From Patescibacteria group bacterium (GTDB lineage: Bacteria; Patescibacteriota; Microgenomatia; Levybacterales; UBA12049): 56,707 nt of DNA. Shown here one piece after another: positions 18,176 through 26,163 of the stretch (its first letter is position 1; the number at the start of each line of letters is the position of its first letter). The stretch spans positions 1 through 56,707 of the forward strand of contig DATKGO010000062.1 in assembly GCA_035510695.1 (NCBI GenBank). Direction: 5' to 3'. Position numbers and translations under genes: made by a program. The notes under the pieces are model-generated. The model was not told the DNA's origin. It saw nothing but the letters and a program-made list of their open reading frames with translations, and made no database searches.

Positions 18176-19444
18176 ATGTTAAAAAAATTACAATCATTAC
18201 CGAGAAAACTTTTCCGTTTCTGGCCATGGTTTTTGCATACCTCCTGGAAGAAAAAAATTCTCGTCATTATCGTTTTTTTTATAGTTTTGATTGTTCTGAA
18301 AAACATTTTTGTTCCGAGAAGCAAACAGCAATATACATTTGATACTGTAACAAAAGGGACAATTGATCAATTGGTTACAGAAAACGGCAGTGTCACAGCT
18401 TCCAATGAAACAGATGTCTATTCTCCTACTAATGGAGTTCTTGATCAGTTATTTGTCAAGAATGGTGATCAAGTAAATAGTGGTGCAAAGCTTTTTACTG
18501 TGAGAAGTACTGCAACTGCACAGGAACAGGCAGTCGCGTACTCGAATTATTTAGCGGCGCAAAGTTCGTTGAAAGCAGCTAATGCTACGTTATATAGTCT
18601 TCAGTCAGCGATGTACGCAAATTGGAAGACATATATGGATCTTTCGACAAATTCTACTTATCAAAATAGCGATGACAGTCCTAATACCACTAACAGAACG
18701 CTTCCGGCATTTACTACAGTGCAGGATAATTGGTTGAGTACAGAAGCACAATATCAGAATCAGCAGGCAGTCATCGCGCAATCACAGGCAGCGTTAAATA
18801 GTGCGTCTCTGGCATATCAGGCGACACAAAACGCGACAGTAACCGCACCTTCGAGTGGAGTAGTGGCAAATATTGTCGGTTTGGTAGGTTCCAAAGTGCA
18901 GGCAGAGACTTCCAGCTCTCAAGCCAATTCTACAACCGTTGTCATTACGCCGGTCATGATTATCGGAACCACCAATGGATCTTCAATACAAACTACAGTC
19001 AGCGAAGTGGATATCAATAAGGTCGCTTTGGGACAAACCTCGGATATAACATTTAGCGCAATTTCCGGAAAAACCTATAAGGGTCATATTATTCAAATGG
19101 ATAATTATGGTACGAATACTAATGGAGTAGTCGAATATAATATATATCTCCTCATTGATAATTCGGATAATCTGGTAAAACCCGGAATGTCAGCCAATTT
19201 GACGATAAATACGGCTCACAAAAGTAATGTCTTAACAGTCGCCAATGCCGCAATTATTCCATACCAAAATGGTAAGGCAGTACAAGCTGTAGGTAAGAAT
19301 GGTAAAGTCGTTTTCGTACCTGTTTTAGTGGGCTTGCGTGGATTTTCTCGAAGTGAGGTGCTGAAAGGAGTTAGCAGCGGCGAGAAAGTTATTTTAGGTA
19401 ATACACAGTTGACGAATAATCAATCCAGCGGTCCAGGAAACTAG
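18176..19444 (+). CDS. HlyD/MacA-type membrane-fusion (periplasmic adaptor) protein
   Basis: N-terminal TM, lipoyl-like GVLDQLFVKNGDQVNSGAKLF, coiled-coil Q/A-rich hairpin and C-terminal beta-barrel. Lies upstream of the MacB pair. Confidence 0.75.
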   Translation: MLKKLQSLPRKLFRFWPWFLHTSWKKKILVIIVFFIVLIVLKNIFVPRSKQQYTFDTVTKGTIDQLVTENGSVTASNETDVYSPTNGVLDQLFVKNGDQVNSGAKLFTVRSTATAQEQAVAYSNYLAAQSSLKAANATLYSLQSAMYANWKTYMDLSTNSTYQNSDDSPNTTNRTLPAFTTVQDNWLSTEAQYQNQQAVIAQSQAALNSASLAYQATQNATVTAPSSGVVANIVGLVGSKVQAETSSSQANSTTVVITPVMIIGTTNGSSIQTTVSEVDINKVALGQTSDITFSAISGKTYKGHIIQMDNYGTNTNGVVEYNIYLLIDNSDNLVKPGMSANLTINTAHKSNVLTVANAAIIPYQNGKAVQAVGKNGKVVFVPVLVGLRGFSRSEVLKGVSSGEKVILGNTQLTNNQSSGPGN

Positions 19445-19448
19445 ACGG

Positions 19449-19483
19449 GATTTACGATTTACGATTTACGAATAATGAATAAT
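19449..19483. repeat. heptamer tandem repeat (GATTTAC)x3 (GAATAAT)x2 running into the ATG at 19482
   Basis: Read directly from gatttacgatttacgatttacgaataatgaataatg. Confidence 0.8.
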
Positions 19484-20207
19484 GAAGATGATAAAGCAGC
19501 CTCTTATTGATTTCCAGAACATCCGGAAAGTATATAAAACCGGTGACAGCGAATATGAAGCACTCCACGATGTAACGGTCAGGATTGATAAAGAGGAGTT
19601 TGTGGCGATCATGGGACCATCGGGTTCGGGCAAGTCAACCACCATGCATATCATGGGTGCATTGGATACTCCCACTTCGGGGAAATATTTTCTCAATGGG
19701 ATGGATATTTCCAATTATACTGATGATCAATTGGCACATATTCGCAATCAGGAAATAGGTTTTGTTTTTCAATCTTTTAATTTACTTTCCCGAACATCGG
19801 TTATTAAAAACGTTGAACGACCGATGTCTTTCAGTAATACATTTCCACCGGAAAAGAGACGCGCTCGTGCCTTGGAAATGTTGAAATTAGTACATTTGGA
19901 AGATAAAGCGGAAAATTTATCCAATCAAATTTCCGGCGGACAAATTCAAAGGGTGGCAATTGCCAGAGCCTTAGTGATGAATCCATCATTGCTTTTGGCA
20001 GATGAACCGACAGGGAATTTGGATAGTAAAACATCACATGAAATTATGTCGTTTTTTCAAACGTTACATAAACAAGGTCATACGATAGTCGTGATTACAC
20101 ATGAACCGGATATTGCGGCTTATTCTGATAGAATTATTCAAGTTCGTGATGGAAGTATCATTTCCGATAAAAAAAATAATCAAAAAGTCAAAGGAGGAAG
20201 TGTATGA
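19482..20207 (+). CDS. ABC transporter ATP-binding protein, MacB/LolD type
   Basis: Walker A GPSGSGKST, signature ISGGQIQRVAIARAL, Walker B LLLADEPTGNLD. Confidence 0.9.
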   Translation: MKMIKQPLIDFQNIRKVYKTGDSEYEALHDVTVRIDKEEFVAIMGPSGSGKSTTMHIMGALDTPTSGKYFLNGMDISNYTDDQLAHIRNQEIGFVFQSFNLLSRTSVIKNVERPMSFSNTFPPEKRRARALEMLKLVHLEDKAENLSNQISGGQIQRVAIARALVMNPSLLLADEPTGNLDSKTSHEIMSFFQTLHKQGHTIVVITHEPDIAAYSDRIIQVRDGSIISDKKNNQKVKGGSV

Positions 20208-21388
20208 ATTATGGCGAAGTTTTCGTTACGGCTTTGCGTTCTTTGCGATCCAATATTTTACGTACGATCCTGACTATGCTCGGGATTATCATTGGGATTT
20301 TTGCAGTGACGCTGGTGTTAATTATCAGTCAAGGTGCAACTGCCGCGATTACATCTAAAATCTCAGCATTAGGGACGAATTTACTTTATATAATTTCAAC
20401 GAAAGAGATACCATTAAATCGTGATGACGCGCAGGCAATAGCACAGCAGGTTCCTGAAATAGGAGAAATAGCGGAAGAAGTAACTACGAATAAAACAATT
20501 TCCGCCAATGGACAAAGCAGCAGCGCGTCAATCGACGGAGTGACGCCTTCTTATGCGGATATGTTGTCTTTTAATACGCAATTTGGTAATTTTTTTACCG
20601 ATGACGATGTAACTTCCTACAGTACTGTGGCGGTATTGGGTCAGCAAGTTGTGACCGATCTTTATGGCACAGGAGCAAATCCCGTCGGACAATTAATCCA
20701 AATTGGAAATAGTTCATTTTATGTCGTAGGTGTATTGGCGGCGAAGGGAAGTTCAATTGCCGGTAACCCGGATAATTCGGTTTATATCCCCGTAACTACA
20801 GCGATGAATACGGTGGCCGGAACAAATACGCTTACAGATATTGAAGCTTATGTGAAAGATGATAATATGGTTGATGTGGCAGCGCTGGAAGTGAAACAAT
20901 TAATGATTGACCGGCATAGTGTGACTGATCCGAATGTGATTAAGAAATATGCGATTTTTACATCGAAAGATTTATTGGCGACAGTAGGTAGTATTACCGG
21001 TATTTTGAGTGGTGTTTTGGCCGGAATTGCGGCTATTTCTTTACTCGTAGGTGGAATTGGCATTATGAATATCATGTTAGTCACGGTGACTGAAAGAACT
21101 AGAGAAATCGGTCTATTAAAAGCGATCGGCGCGACGCAAAATAATATTTTAATTCAATTTCTTATTGAAGCAGTTGTGTTAACTGTGTCAGGTGGTTTGA
21201 TAGGGACTACTTTAGGTATCGGAGTAGGGTTTTTACTTTCCACTGTTTTGAAAGTGCCGTTTACTTTACCATATATGTCGATTTTGGCGGCTGTGATAGT
21301 GTCTATTTTTATCGGTTTGGTTTTTGGTATTTATCCGGCCCGGCGAGCGGCGAAAATGAATCCTATTGAAGCCCTAAGATACGAATAG
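20204..21388 (+). CDS. ABC transporter permease, MacB/FtsX-like
   Basis: MacB periplasmic domain plus FtsX-type 4-TM architecture (GIGIMNIMLVTVTERTREIGLLKAIGA). AGGAGG at 20192-20197. Start overlaps the upstream stop. Confidence 0.85.
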   Translation: MNYGEVFVTALRSLRSNILRTILTMLGIIIGIFAVTLVLIISQGATAAITSKISALGTNLLYIISTKEIPLNRDDAQAIAQQVPEIGEIAEEVTTNKTISANGQSSSASIDGVTPSYADMLSFNTQFGNFFTDDDVTSYSTVAVLGQQVVTDLYGTGANPVGQLIQIGNSSFYVVGVLAAKGSSIAGNPDNSVYIPVTTAMNTVAGTNTLTDIEAYVKDDNMVDVAALEVKQLMIDRHSVTDPNVIKKYAIFTSKDLLATVGSITGILSGVLAGIAAISLLVGGIGIMNIMLVTVTERTREIGLLKAIGATQNNILIQFLIEAVVLTVSGGLIGTTLGIGVGFLLSTVLKVPFTLPYMSILAAVIVSIFIGLVFGIYPARRAAKMNPIEALRYE

Positions 21389-21472
21389 ATTTGTTTAAGA
21401 CTGGTGCATCATGTTGGGGGATGGTTGTAGGAGATTACGTAAATAAACAAATAAAAGAATGAGAGAAAGATA

Positions 21473-21556
21473 GATTGCTTCGCTTCGCTCGCAATGACGT
21501 AAGACTGGATTCCCGATCAGAGCCTGTACTCGACCTGATCGGGGGTCGGGAATGAC
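21473..21556. repeat. GTCAT-hairpin composite (two units, both on the minus strand)
   Basis: Reverse complements are GTCATTGCGAGCGAAGCGAAGCAATC and GTCATTCCCGACCCCCGATCAGG...CTGATCGGGAATCC. Confidence 0.8.
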
Positions 21557-21665
21557 GGTGATTTACCATTTTCATTTTGCAATTAAACAAATTTTTGTGT
21601 TTGAAAATTAAATCATTAAAAATTGATTGAAAATTTTCCCTTACCTTCTGTGGTAAAATAATTCT

Positions 21666-22238
21666 GTGGTTATCTTTTATTCTCTCATAGGCTTAATTTG
21701 GCTTATTTATTTATTATATTGGTACGTTTTTTCACCGCGACCTAAATCAAGCGTCCACAATTACAATTGGCGAAAAGAAGCAGCTATTCGTATCGCATTT
21801 GTCATCCTAGTTATCGCATCGATTCGCATACCTGCGCTAAATCATTACTTCAGAAGTGTATATTTTCAAACCGCGTATTTTAATCCCATCATTGATAGCG
21901 TCGGTGTGCTTTTGTGCGCGGCCGGGATCACATTTGCCATTTGGGCTAGAGCGCATTTGGGCAGAAATTGGGGAATGCCGCGAACATTGCGGGAAAAGCC
22001 GGAATTGGTAACCACAGGTCCGTATGCTTATGTCCGGCATCCGATTTATAGCGGATTTATTTTGGCAGCGATCGGCACGGCATTAGTAAATGAGTTGTTT
22101 CTGCTGGTTTTTGTTTATGCTGTTATCTATTTTCTATATAGTGCTAGAATAGAGGAACACGACATGCTCCAGCTTTTTCCCAAAGAATATCCGGAATACC
22201 TTAGGCGAACCAAAGCTCTGATACCATTTATCTACTAG
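21666..22238 (+). CDS. isoprenylcysteine carboxyl methyltransferase (ICMT)/phospholipid methyltransferase family membrane protein
   Basis: TTGPYAYVRHPIYSGFILAAIG and the C-terminal EEHDMLQLFPKEYPEYLRRT. The GTG start is uncertain. Confidence 0.7.
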   Translation: MVIFYSLIGLIWLIYLLYWYVFSPRPKSSVHNYNWRKEAAIRIAFVILVIASIRIPALNHYFRSVYFQTAYFNPIIDSVGVLLCAAGITFAIWARAHLGRNWGMPRTLREKPELVTTGPYAYVRHPIYSGFILAAIGTALVNELFLLVFVYAVIYFLYSARIEEHDMLQLFPKEYPEYLRRTKALIPFIY

Positions 22239-22345
22239 AATTCTGTCGTGACTTTTACCTTTCATGTGTCAAAGACTGGTGAGAACTTCGGTAACAGCTT
22301 ATGGGTAGTTGAAGCGGTTTGGTAATTTTGTCATAATGAAACAGC

Positions 22346-22990
22346 ATGTCGTCTACTCGAGTTTCCAACTTAGCTGGTATTATTGCTCCGGTTGTTTTCA
22401 TCACACTTTTTACTATCGAAGGCTGGTTGCGGCTCGGATATAGTCCTATGAATATGTTTGTGAGCGAACTTTCACTCGGTTCATGGGGCTGGGTTCAGAT
22501 AGTAAACTTTCTTATCACCGGCAGCCTGATATTTATTTTCGGTCGTGGAGTGGCTAAGCAATTTCCAACCGGGAAGGCAGCCAAAGTCGGCTCGACATAT
22601 TTACAGATTATCGGTCTGAGCCTTATCGCATCAGGGCCATTTGTTACCGATCCTTCAGTCATGTTTAATCAAACTAGTATTCACGGAATTATTCATGGCA
22701 TCTTCGGGGCAGTAGTGTTTTTACTTATGCCTGTCACGTGTTTTGTCTTTTTTCGTAGTTTTCAGCGTGATCCATTATGGCGGGTGTTTGCATGGTGGAC
22801 ACTTGCCATTGGAGTGCTATTAGTCATCGGGATCGGTTTCTTGAAAGTAAGCCAATTTCCCCAGAGCAGTCTATTTGAGTGGAAAGGTTTAATTCAACGG
22901 ATAATTATTATATCGTATCTGGCATGGATATTCGCTTTTGCCGTACAACTAATTAAGTTGGGGCATTTAGGCAAACTCCGTGCGGTTTGA
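22346..22990 (+). CDS. DUF998 family membrane protein
   Basis: IEGWLRLGYSPMNMFVSELSLGSWGWVQIVNFLITG matches the DUF998 N-terminal pattern as recalled. Confidence 0.6.
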   Translation: MSSTRVSNLAGIIAPVVFITLFTIEGWLRLGYSPMNMFVSELSLGSWGWVQIVNFLITGSLIFIFGRGVAKQFPTGKAAKVGSTYLQIIGLSLIASGPFVTDPSVMFNQTSIHGIIHGIFGAVVFLLMPVTCFVFFRSFQRDPLWRVFAWWTLAIGVLLVIGIGFLKVSQFPQSSLFEWKGLIQRIIIISYLAWIFAFAVQLIKLGHLGKLRAV

Positions 22991-22991
22991 C

Positions 22992-23705
22992 TTATTTAGT
23001 CTTTGGCTGAATTACACCAAACCAGTCTTTAAAATCACTTAGTTCTCTCACTTTGAGCGAACCGGAAGGAGCTTGCAGGATGTGCTCGATTGTCTCGAAA
23101 TAGGCATCCATAATATCCTCAAATCGTTGAAAACTAGGCTGTTTCGGATTGGAAATTAGTAATTCGATAATAGTATCAGAGAGACTTAAAGCAATACCGG
23201 AGATAATTATCGCCACTTGCGCCGGGAATCGTGTTTTGAAAACCTTTTCTTTAATTCCTTGCCGAATAATAGATTCAAAGAAAGGGGAGACATATTTCAT
23301 TGATTCATTGTTCAATTTTTGACGGATGAATAAATTATCATCCGTATACCACATCCGCATTAAACTAATAATTAATTCCTTTTGTTGATTTTTCCAACTG
23401 GCTGAAGAGGTAATATAACTATGAAATTTCTGAATAGCAGACAAATTTTTGTCCTGTTCAATAGTAATAATATAGCGTTTTGCATTTTCTCCCATGCGAT
23501 CCACTAAAGCTTCAAGTATCTTTTCTTTGGAATAAAAATAATGATAAAGCGCGCCTTTGGAGATCTTCAGTCCATCAAGAATATCCTGAATCGTCATTTG
23601 GGTATAACCTTTGGTATAAATTAATTTTTGGGCAAAATCTAAAATTTCGTTGCGTTTGGCAGTAAATTCTTTTTGATTAACTATACGTGACATATTTTGT
23701 GGCAA
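22992..23705 (-). CDS. TetR/AcrR family transcriptional regulator
   Basis: N-terminal HTH TIQDILDGLKISKGALYHYFYSKEKIL. Confidence 0.8.
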   Translation of the reverse strand: MPQNMSRIVNQKEFTAKRNEILDFAQKLIYTKGYTQMTIQDILDGLKISKGALYHYFYSKEKILEALVDRMGENAKRYIITIEQDKNLSAIQKFHSYITSSASWKNQQKELIISLMRMWYTDDNLFIRQKLNNESMKYVSPFFESIIRQGIKEKVFKTRFPAQVAIIISGIALSLSDTIIELLISNPKQPSFQRFEDIMDAYFETIEHILQAPSGSLKVRELSDFKDWFGVIQPKTK

Positions 23706-23712
23706 ATTGATG

Positions 23713-24099
23713 TTAGAAAATTCCCGGAATCAGTCTCCAACGTACTTTCTTTTCATATTCAGCGTAGCCGGTTAAGTCATTTGCAAGCATTTTTTCCTCA
23801 TTTAATGCTCTAAGCGCGAAACCGAGAAAGAAGATTGGAACCAGAAACAAGCTCCACCATGTACCGAGCGCCAGCGGTGTACCCAAAATATAGATCAGCG
23901 CGCCGGCGTACATTGGATGTCGGATAATTGCGTAAGTACCAGTAGAAATGACTTTTTGGTTTTTTTCTACGTCTACATTCGATGCAGCGAAACTATTCTC
24001 GCGCGTAACCAGGTAGTAGATGTAAAGTCCGAGGAAAACCAATATCTCACCGAGAATGCTTATGTACCGGCACAGTAGACCAGCCGAATCTGTGATCAA
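23713..24099 (-). CDS. ICMT/phospholipid methyltransferase family protein, possibly frameshifted at its 5' end
   Basis: IIRHPMYAGALIYILG and EEKMLANDLTGYAEYEKKVRWRLIPGIF. Only a TTG start is in frame. An ATG at 24136 with a hydrophobic leader lies one frame off, across a G5 tract (24102-24106). Confidence 0.6.
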   Translation of the reverse strand: MITDSAGLLCRYISILGEILVFLGLYIYYLVTRENSFAASNVDVEKNQKVISTGTYAIIRHPMYAGALIYILGTPLALGTWWSLFLVPIFFLGFALRALNEEKMLANDLTGYAEYEKKVRWRLIPGIF

Positions 24100-24159
24100 G
24101 CGGGGGTAAAATAGTCAATGCCAGGATGAGAGGCATTCCCAATAATACAATTATTTTTT

Positions 24160-24725
24160 GCGTTCTCTCTTTTAACGGAGCAGAGAACGCCAGCCTTTTA
24201 AGGCTGGTGGTGAATGCAAACTCTATCGGAGCAAATCAAGTATTGATTTGCGGAGATAGAGATGTCATGATCTGTGCGTGACAGAGCATAAGACAGGATC
24301 AAGTACAAAACACAGATTACTTTTTCATTTAGTATTTTGTCCCAAGTACCGAAGGAGGGTACTTTTGGGGGATGTAAAGCGGAGACTGGGGGAATTATTC
24401 ACACAAGCATGTGAGATGAATGACTGGGAGATCCATGAATTAAATATCCAGAAGGATCATGTTCACATGTTGTTGCAAATAAATCCCAGAGAAAGTCTGT
24501 CTCATGTCATGCAACTACTCAAAGGAGGGATAAGCTATATCATCAGGAAAGAATATCCAGACTTGGAAGAATTTCTCTGGGGGGACTCTTTCTGGGGAGA
24601 TGGATTTTTTGCAGAATCGGTAGGGACAAAGAATGAAAAAGTAATCAGAGAGTATATAAAAAACCAAGACAAGCAGAGATCATGACGTAGGAGTAAAATC
24701 TCCGTCCTTTAGGACGGGGATTCCA
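24160..24725 (+). mobile_element. IS200-type element (Y1 HUH transposase only) with subterminal hairpins
   Basis: Left hairpins are GCGTTCTCT...AGAGAACGC (24160-24190) and CCAGCCT-TTTA-AGGCTGG (24190-24207). The right hairpin is CCGTCC-TTTA-GGACGG (24702-24717). No tnpB. Confidence 0.75.
24278..24685 (+). CDS. tnpA: IS200/IS605 family Y1 (HUH) transposase TnpA
   Basis: LLFHLVFCPKYRR, HUH motif DHVHMLL and catalytic Tyr context IREYIKNQ. 135 aa. Confidence 0.85.
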   Translation: MTEHKTGSSTKHRLLFHLVFCPKYRRRVLLGDVKRRLGELFTQACEMNDWEIHELNIQKDHVHMLLQINPRESLSHVMQLLKGGISYIIRKEYPDLEEFLWGDSFWGDGFFAESVGTKNEKVIREYIKNQDKQRS

Positions 24726-24905
24726 TTAATTATCATGCAGGGCAAATCCTAAATCTTTGCCGATAGTCTTAAGTATTATTTCTTTCTAAATACTTACTTC
24801 TTTCTAGTAGTGTTCTATTAAAAAAAATATAAGTTGAGCATAAAGGGGGTGAAATAAGGAAAAACTATTGACAATCTCTGCTATAATTGAGCATACTAAT
24901 AATGG

Positions 24906-25172
24906 ATGTCTAGAAGAATTGAAAAAACATCTACTGCCCAACCAACAAAAATTACTGTGAATGGTAATACTATAGTAGGTAGTACCTATGCCCAAGTTGT
25001 TGGTGTTTCAATTTCAGATAATGATGGAACATTGGAATTTGTATATGTTAATCCTCAGGTTAAATCAGAAGGTCATACTGTTGCTCGAATTACATTGCCG
25101 CGTAAATCCATAGAACAATTAGCAAAGATTATTCCAGATACAATTGAAAAATATGAGGAACAAAAAAAATAA
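24906..25172 (+). CDS. DUF3467-like small protein (tentative)
   Basis: TYAQVVGVSISDNDGTLEFVYVNP...VARITLPRKSIEQLAKIIPDTIEKYEE resembles the DUF3467 pattern as recalled. Confidence 0.4.
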   Translation: MSRRIEKTSTAQPTKITVNGNTIVGSTYAQVVGVSISDNDGTLEFVYVNPQVKSEGHTVARITLPRKSIEQLAKIIPDTIEKYEEQKK

Positions 25173-25176
25173 TAAT

Positions 25177-25395
25177 ATGTTCAATAAAGATTTTATTATT
25201 GTTAATAAGGAAGTCAGGAATGGAACCCCTGTATTTAAGGGAACGAGAGTTCCAGTATATTTTGTATTAGAACATATAGCTTTAGGCTGGTCTGTTAAAA
25301 AATTAAAAAAAATCTTTCCTACAGTTAAATCTGAGTATATTTCAGATTTAATTAATGATTTGGCGAAGGATTTTAAAGTACCTCATGTTGCATAG
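25177..25395 (+). CDS. DUF433 domain protein (antitoxin-like)
   Basis: VRNGTPVFKGTRVPVYFVLEHIALGWSVKKL is a typical DUF433 core. Start taken at ATG 25177. Confidence 0.6.
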   Translation: MFNKDFIIVNKEVRNGTPVFKGTRVPVYFVLEHIALGWSVKKLKKIFPTVKSEYISDLINDLAKDFKVPHVA

Positions 25396-25837
25396 ATACA
25401 AAAAGAGAGAACACTCTAAAATACCTCTTGGGAAAAAAGGGAAAATAGTTTGGGATGAAGGGGCTAATCCAGATTTAATTAAATATATTCATAAAACAGG
25501 ATGGGAAGTTAAGAGAGTACCGAAATCTTCAAGAAATATTAGTATGAAAGATCCGACTTTGGCTATGAAATATACAGACGGTAGATTGCCTCTATTCACA
25601 AATGATTATACGTCTTATTCAGAAGAACCTCTGGAAAAAGCAGCAGTTGGTTACGTTGAACAAGAGCCAATGCCAGCAGATACTAAAGAATATTCAAACT
25701 ATACGCAAAAGATTCAAAATTTTTTCTTTGATCATTACCCCAAGGATATTAGAGATAAAGTTTGGCATATACCAGTGGAATCAGAACCTTTCATAAAAGT
25801 TAAATCTCTAGATAAGGTTAGAAAAAAGAAAAAATAA
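25385..25837 (+). CDS. DUF5615/Mut7-C-like (PIN-like) protein, tentative partner of the DUF433 protein
   Basis: ATG at 25385 overlaps the DUF433 stop by 11 nt. WDEGANPDLIKYIHKTGWEVKRVP...LPLFTNDYTSY resembles the DUF5615 N-terminal layout. Confidence 0.35.
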   Translation: MLHRYKKREHSKIPLGKKGKIVWDEGANPDLIKYIHKTGWEVKRVPKSSRNISMKDPTLAMKYTDGRLPLFTNDYTSYSEEPLEKAAVGYVEQEPMPADTKEYSNYTQKIQNFFFDHYPKDIRDKVWHIPVESEPFIKVKSLDKVRKKKK

Positions 25838-25911
25838 TGCCAAATGTTAAATCCCACTTTCCATTTGGGTTATCTTCGCACCTCCTCTTTGTTTCGTTTC
25901 AGTAAGCTTCT

Positions 25912-25920
25912 TGCTATAAT
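25912..25920 (+). promoter_or_regulatory. fossil extended -10 promoter (TGcTATAAT) 6 nt upstream of a truncated duplicate ychF start
   Basis: TGCTATAATGCAGAT-ATGAATTTATCTGTAGGGAT. The reading frame stops after 14 codons. Confidence 0.5.
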
Positions 25921-25925
25921 GCAGA

Positions 25926-25946
25926 TATGAATTTATCTGTAGGGAT
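25926..25946 (+). repeat. 21-bp direct repeat, left copy (TATGAATTTATCTGTAGGGAT)
   Basis: Identical to 27989-28009, which contains the ychF start codon. Confidence 0.95.
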
Positions 25947-26124
25947 ACACAGTTCACTATCCCAACTTTAGAATTTAAGTTTTTCTTCACGCTTCCGCCT
26001 CCGAATAAAGCAAGAATCATAGCCGAGAGAGGGCAATGGGGAGAATTGCACATTCAATGCTTCCTTGAGCGTAATCACATAGCCTCAATAATATTTATTC
26101 ATAAAAGTCTATACTAAAGCGCAC

Positions 26125-26153
26125 TTGACATCCATAAAAGTATATACTATAAT
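26125..26153 (+). promoter_or_regulatory. consensus promoter TTGACA-17-TATAAT upstream of the ATPase gene
   Basis: -35 at 26125-26130 and -10 at 26148-26153. The ATG at 26164 is 10 nt downstream. Confidence 0.65.
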
Positions 26154-26163
26154 GTGTCGTATA

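Noticed and set aside
24804-24995. Minus-strand 63-aa ORF as the missing N-terminus of the ICMT gene on the far side of the IS200 element
   Set aside because: The sequence does not resemble ICMT N-terminal TM helices. An in-place explanation exists instead: an upstream ATG one frame off across a G5 tract. The IS therefore does not appear to split the gene.
25847-26053. 68-aa minus-strand ORF in the non-coding region left of the ATPase gene
   Set aside because: It has no promoter or SD context, no motif, and an odd Cys/Gly-rich composition. It spans the 21-bp direct repeat and the fossil ychF promoter, which explain the region better.
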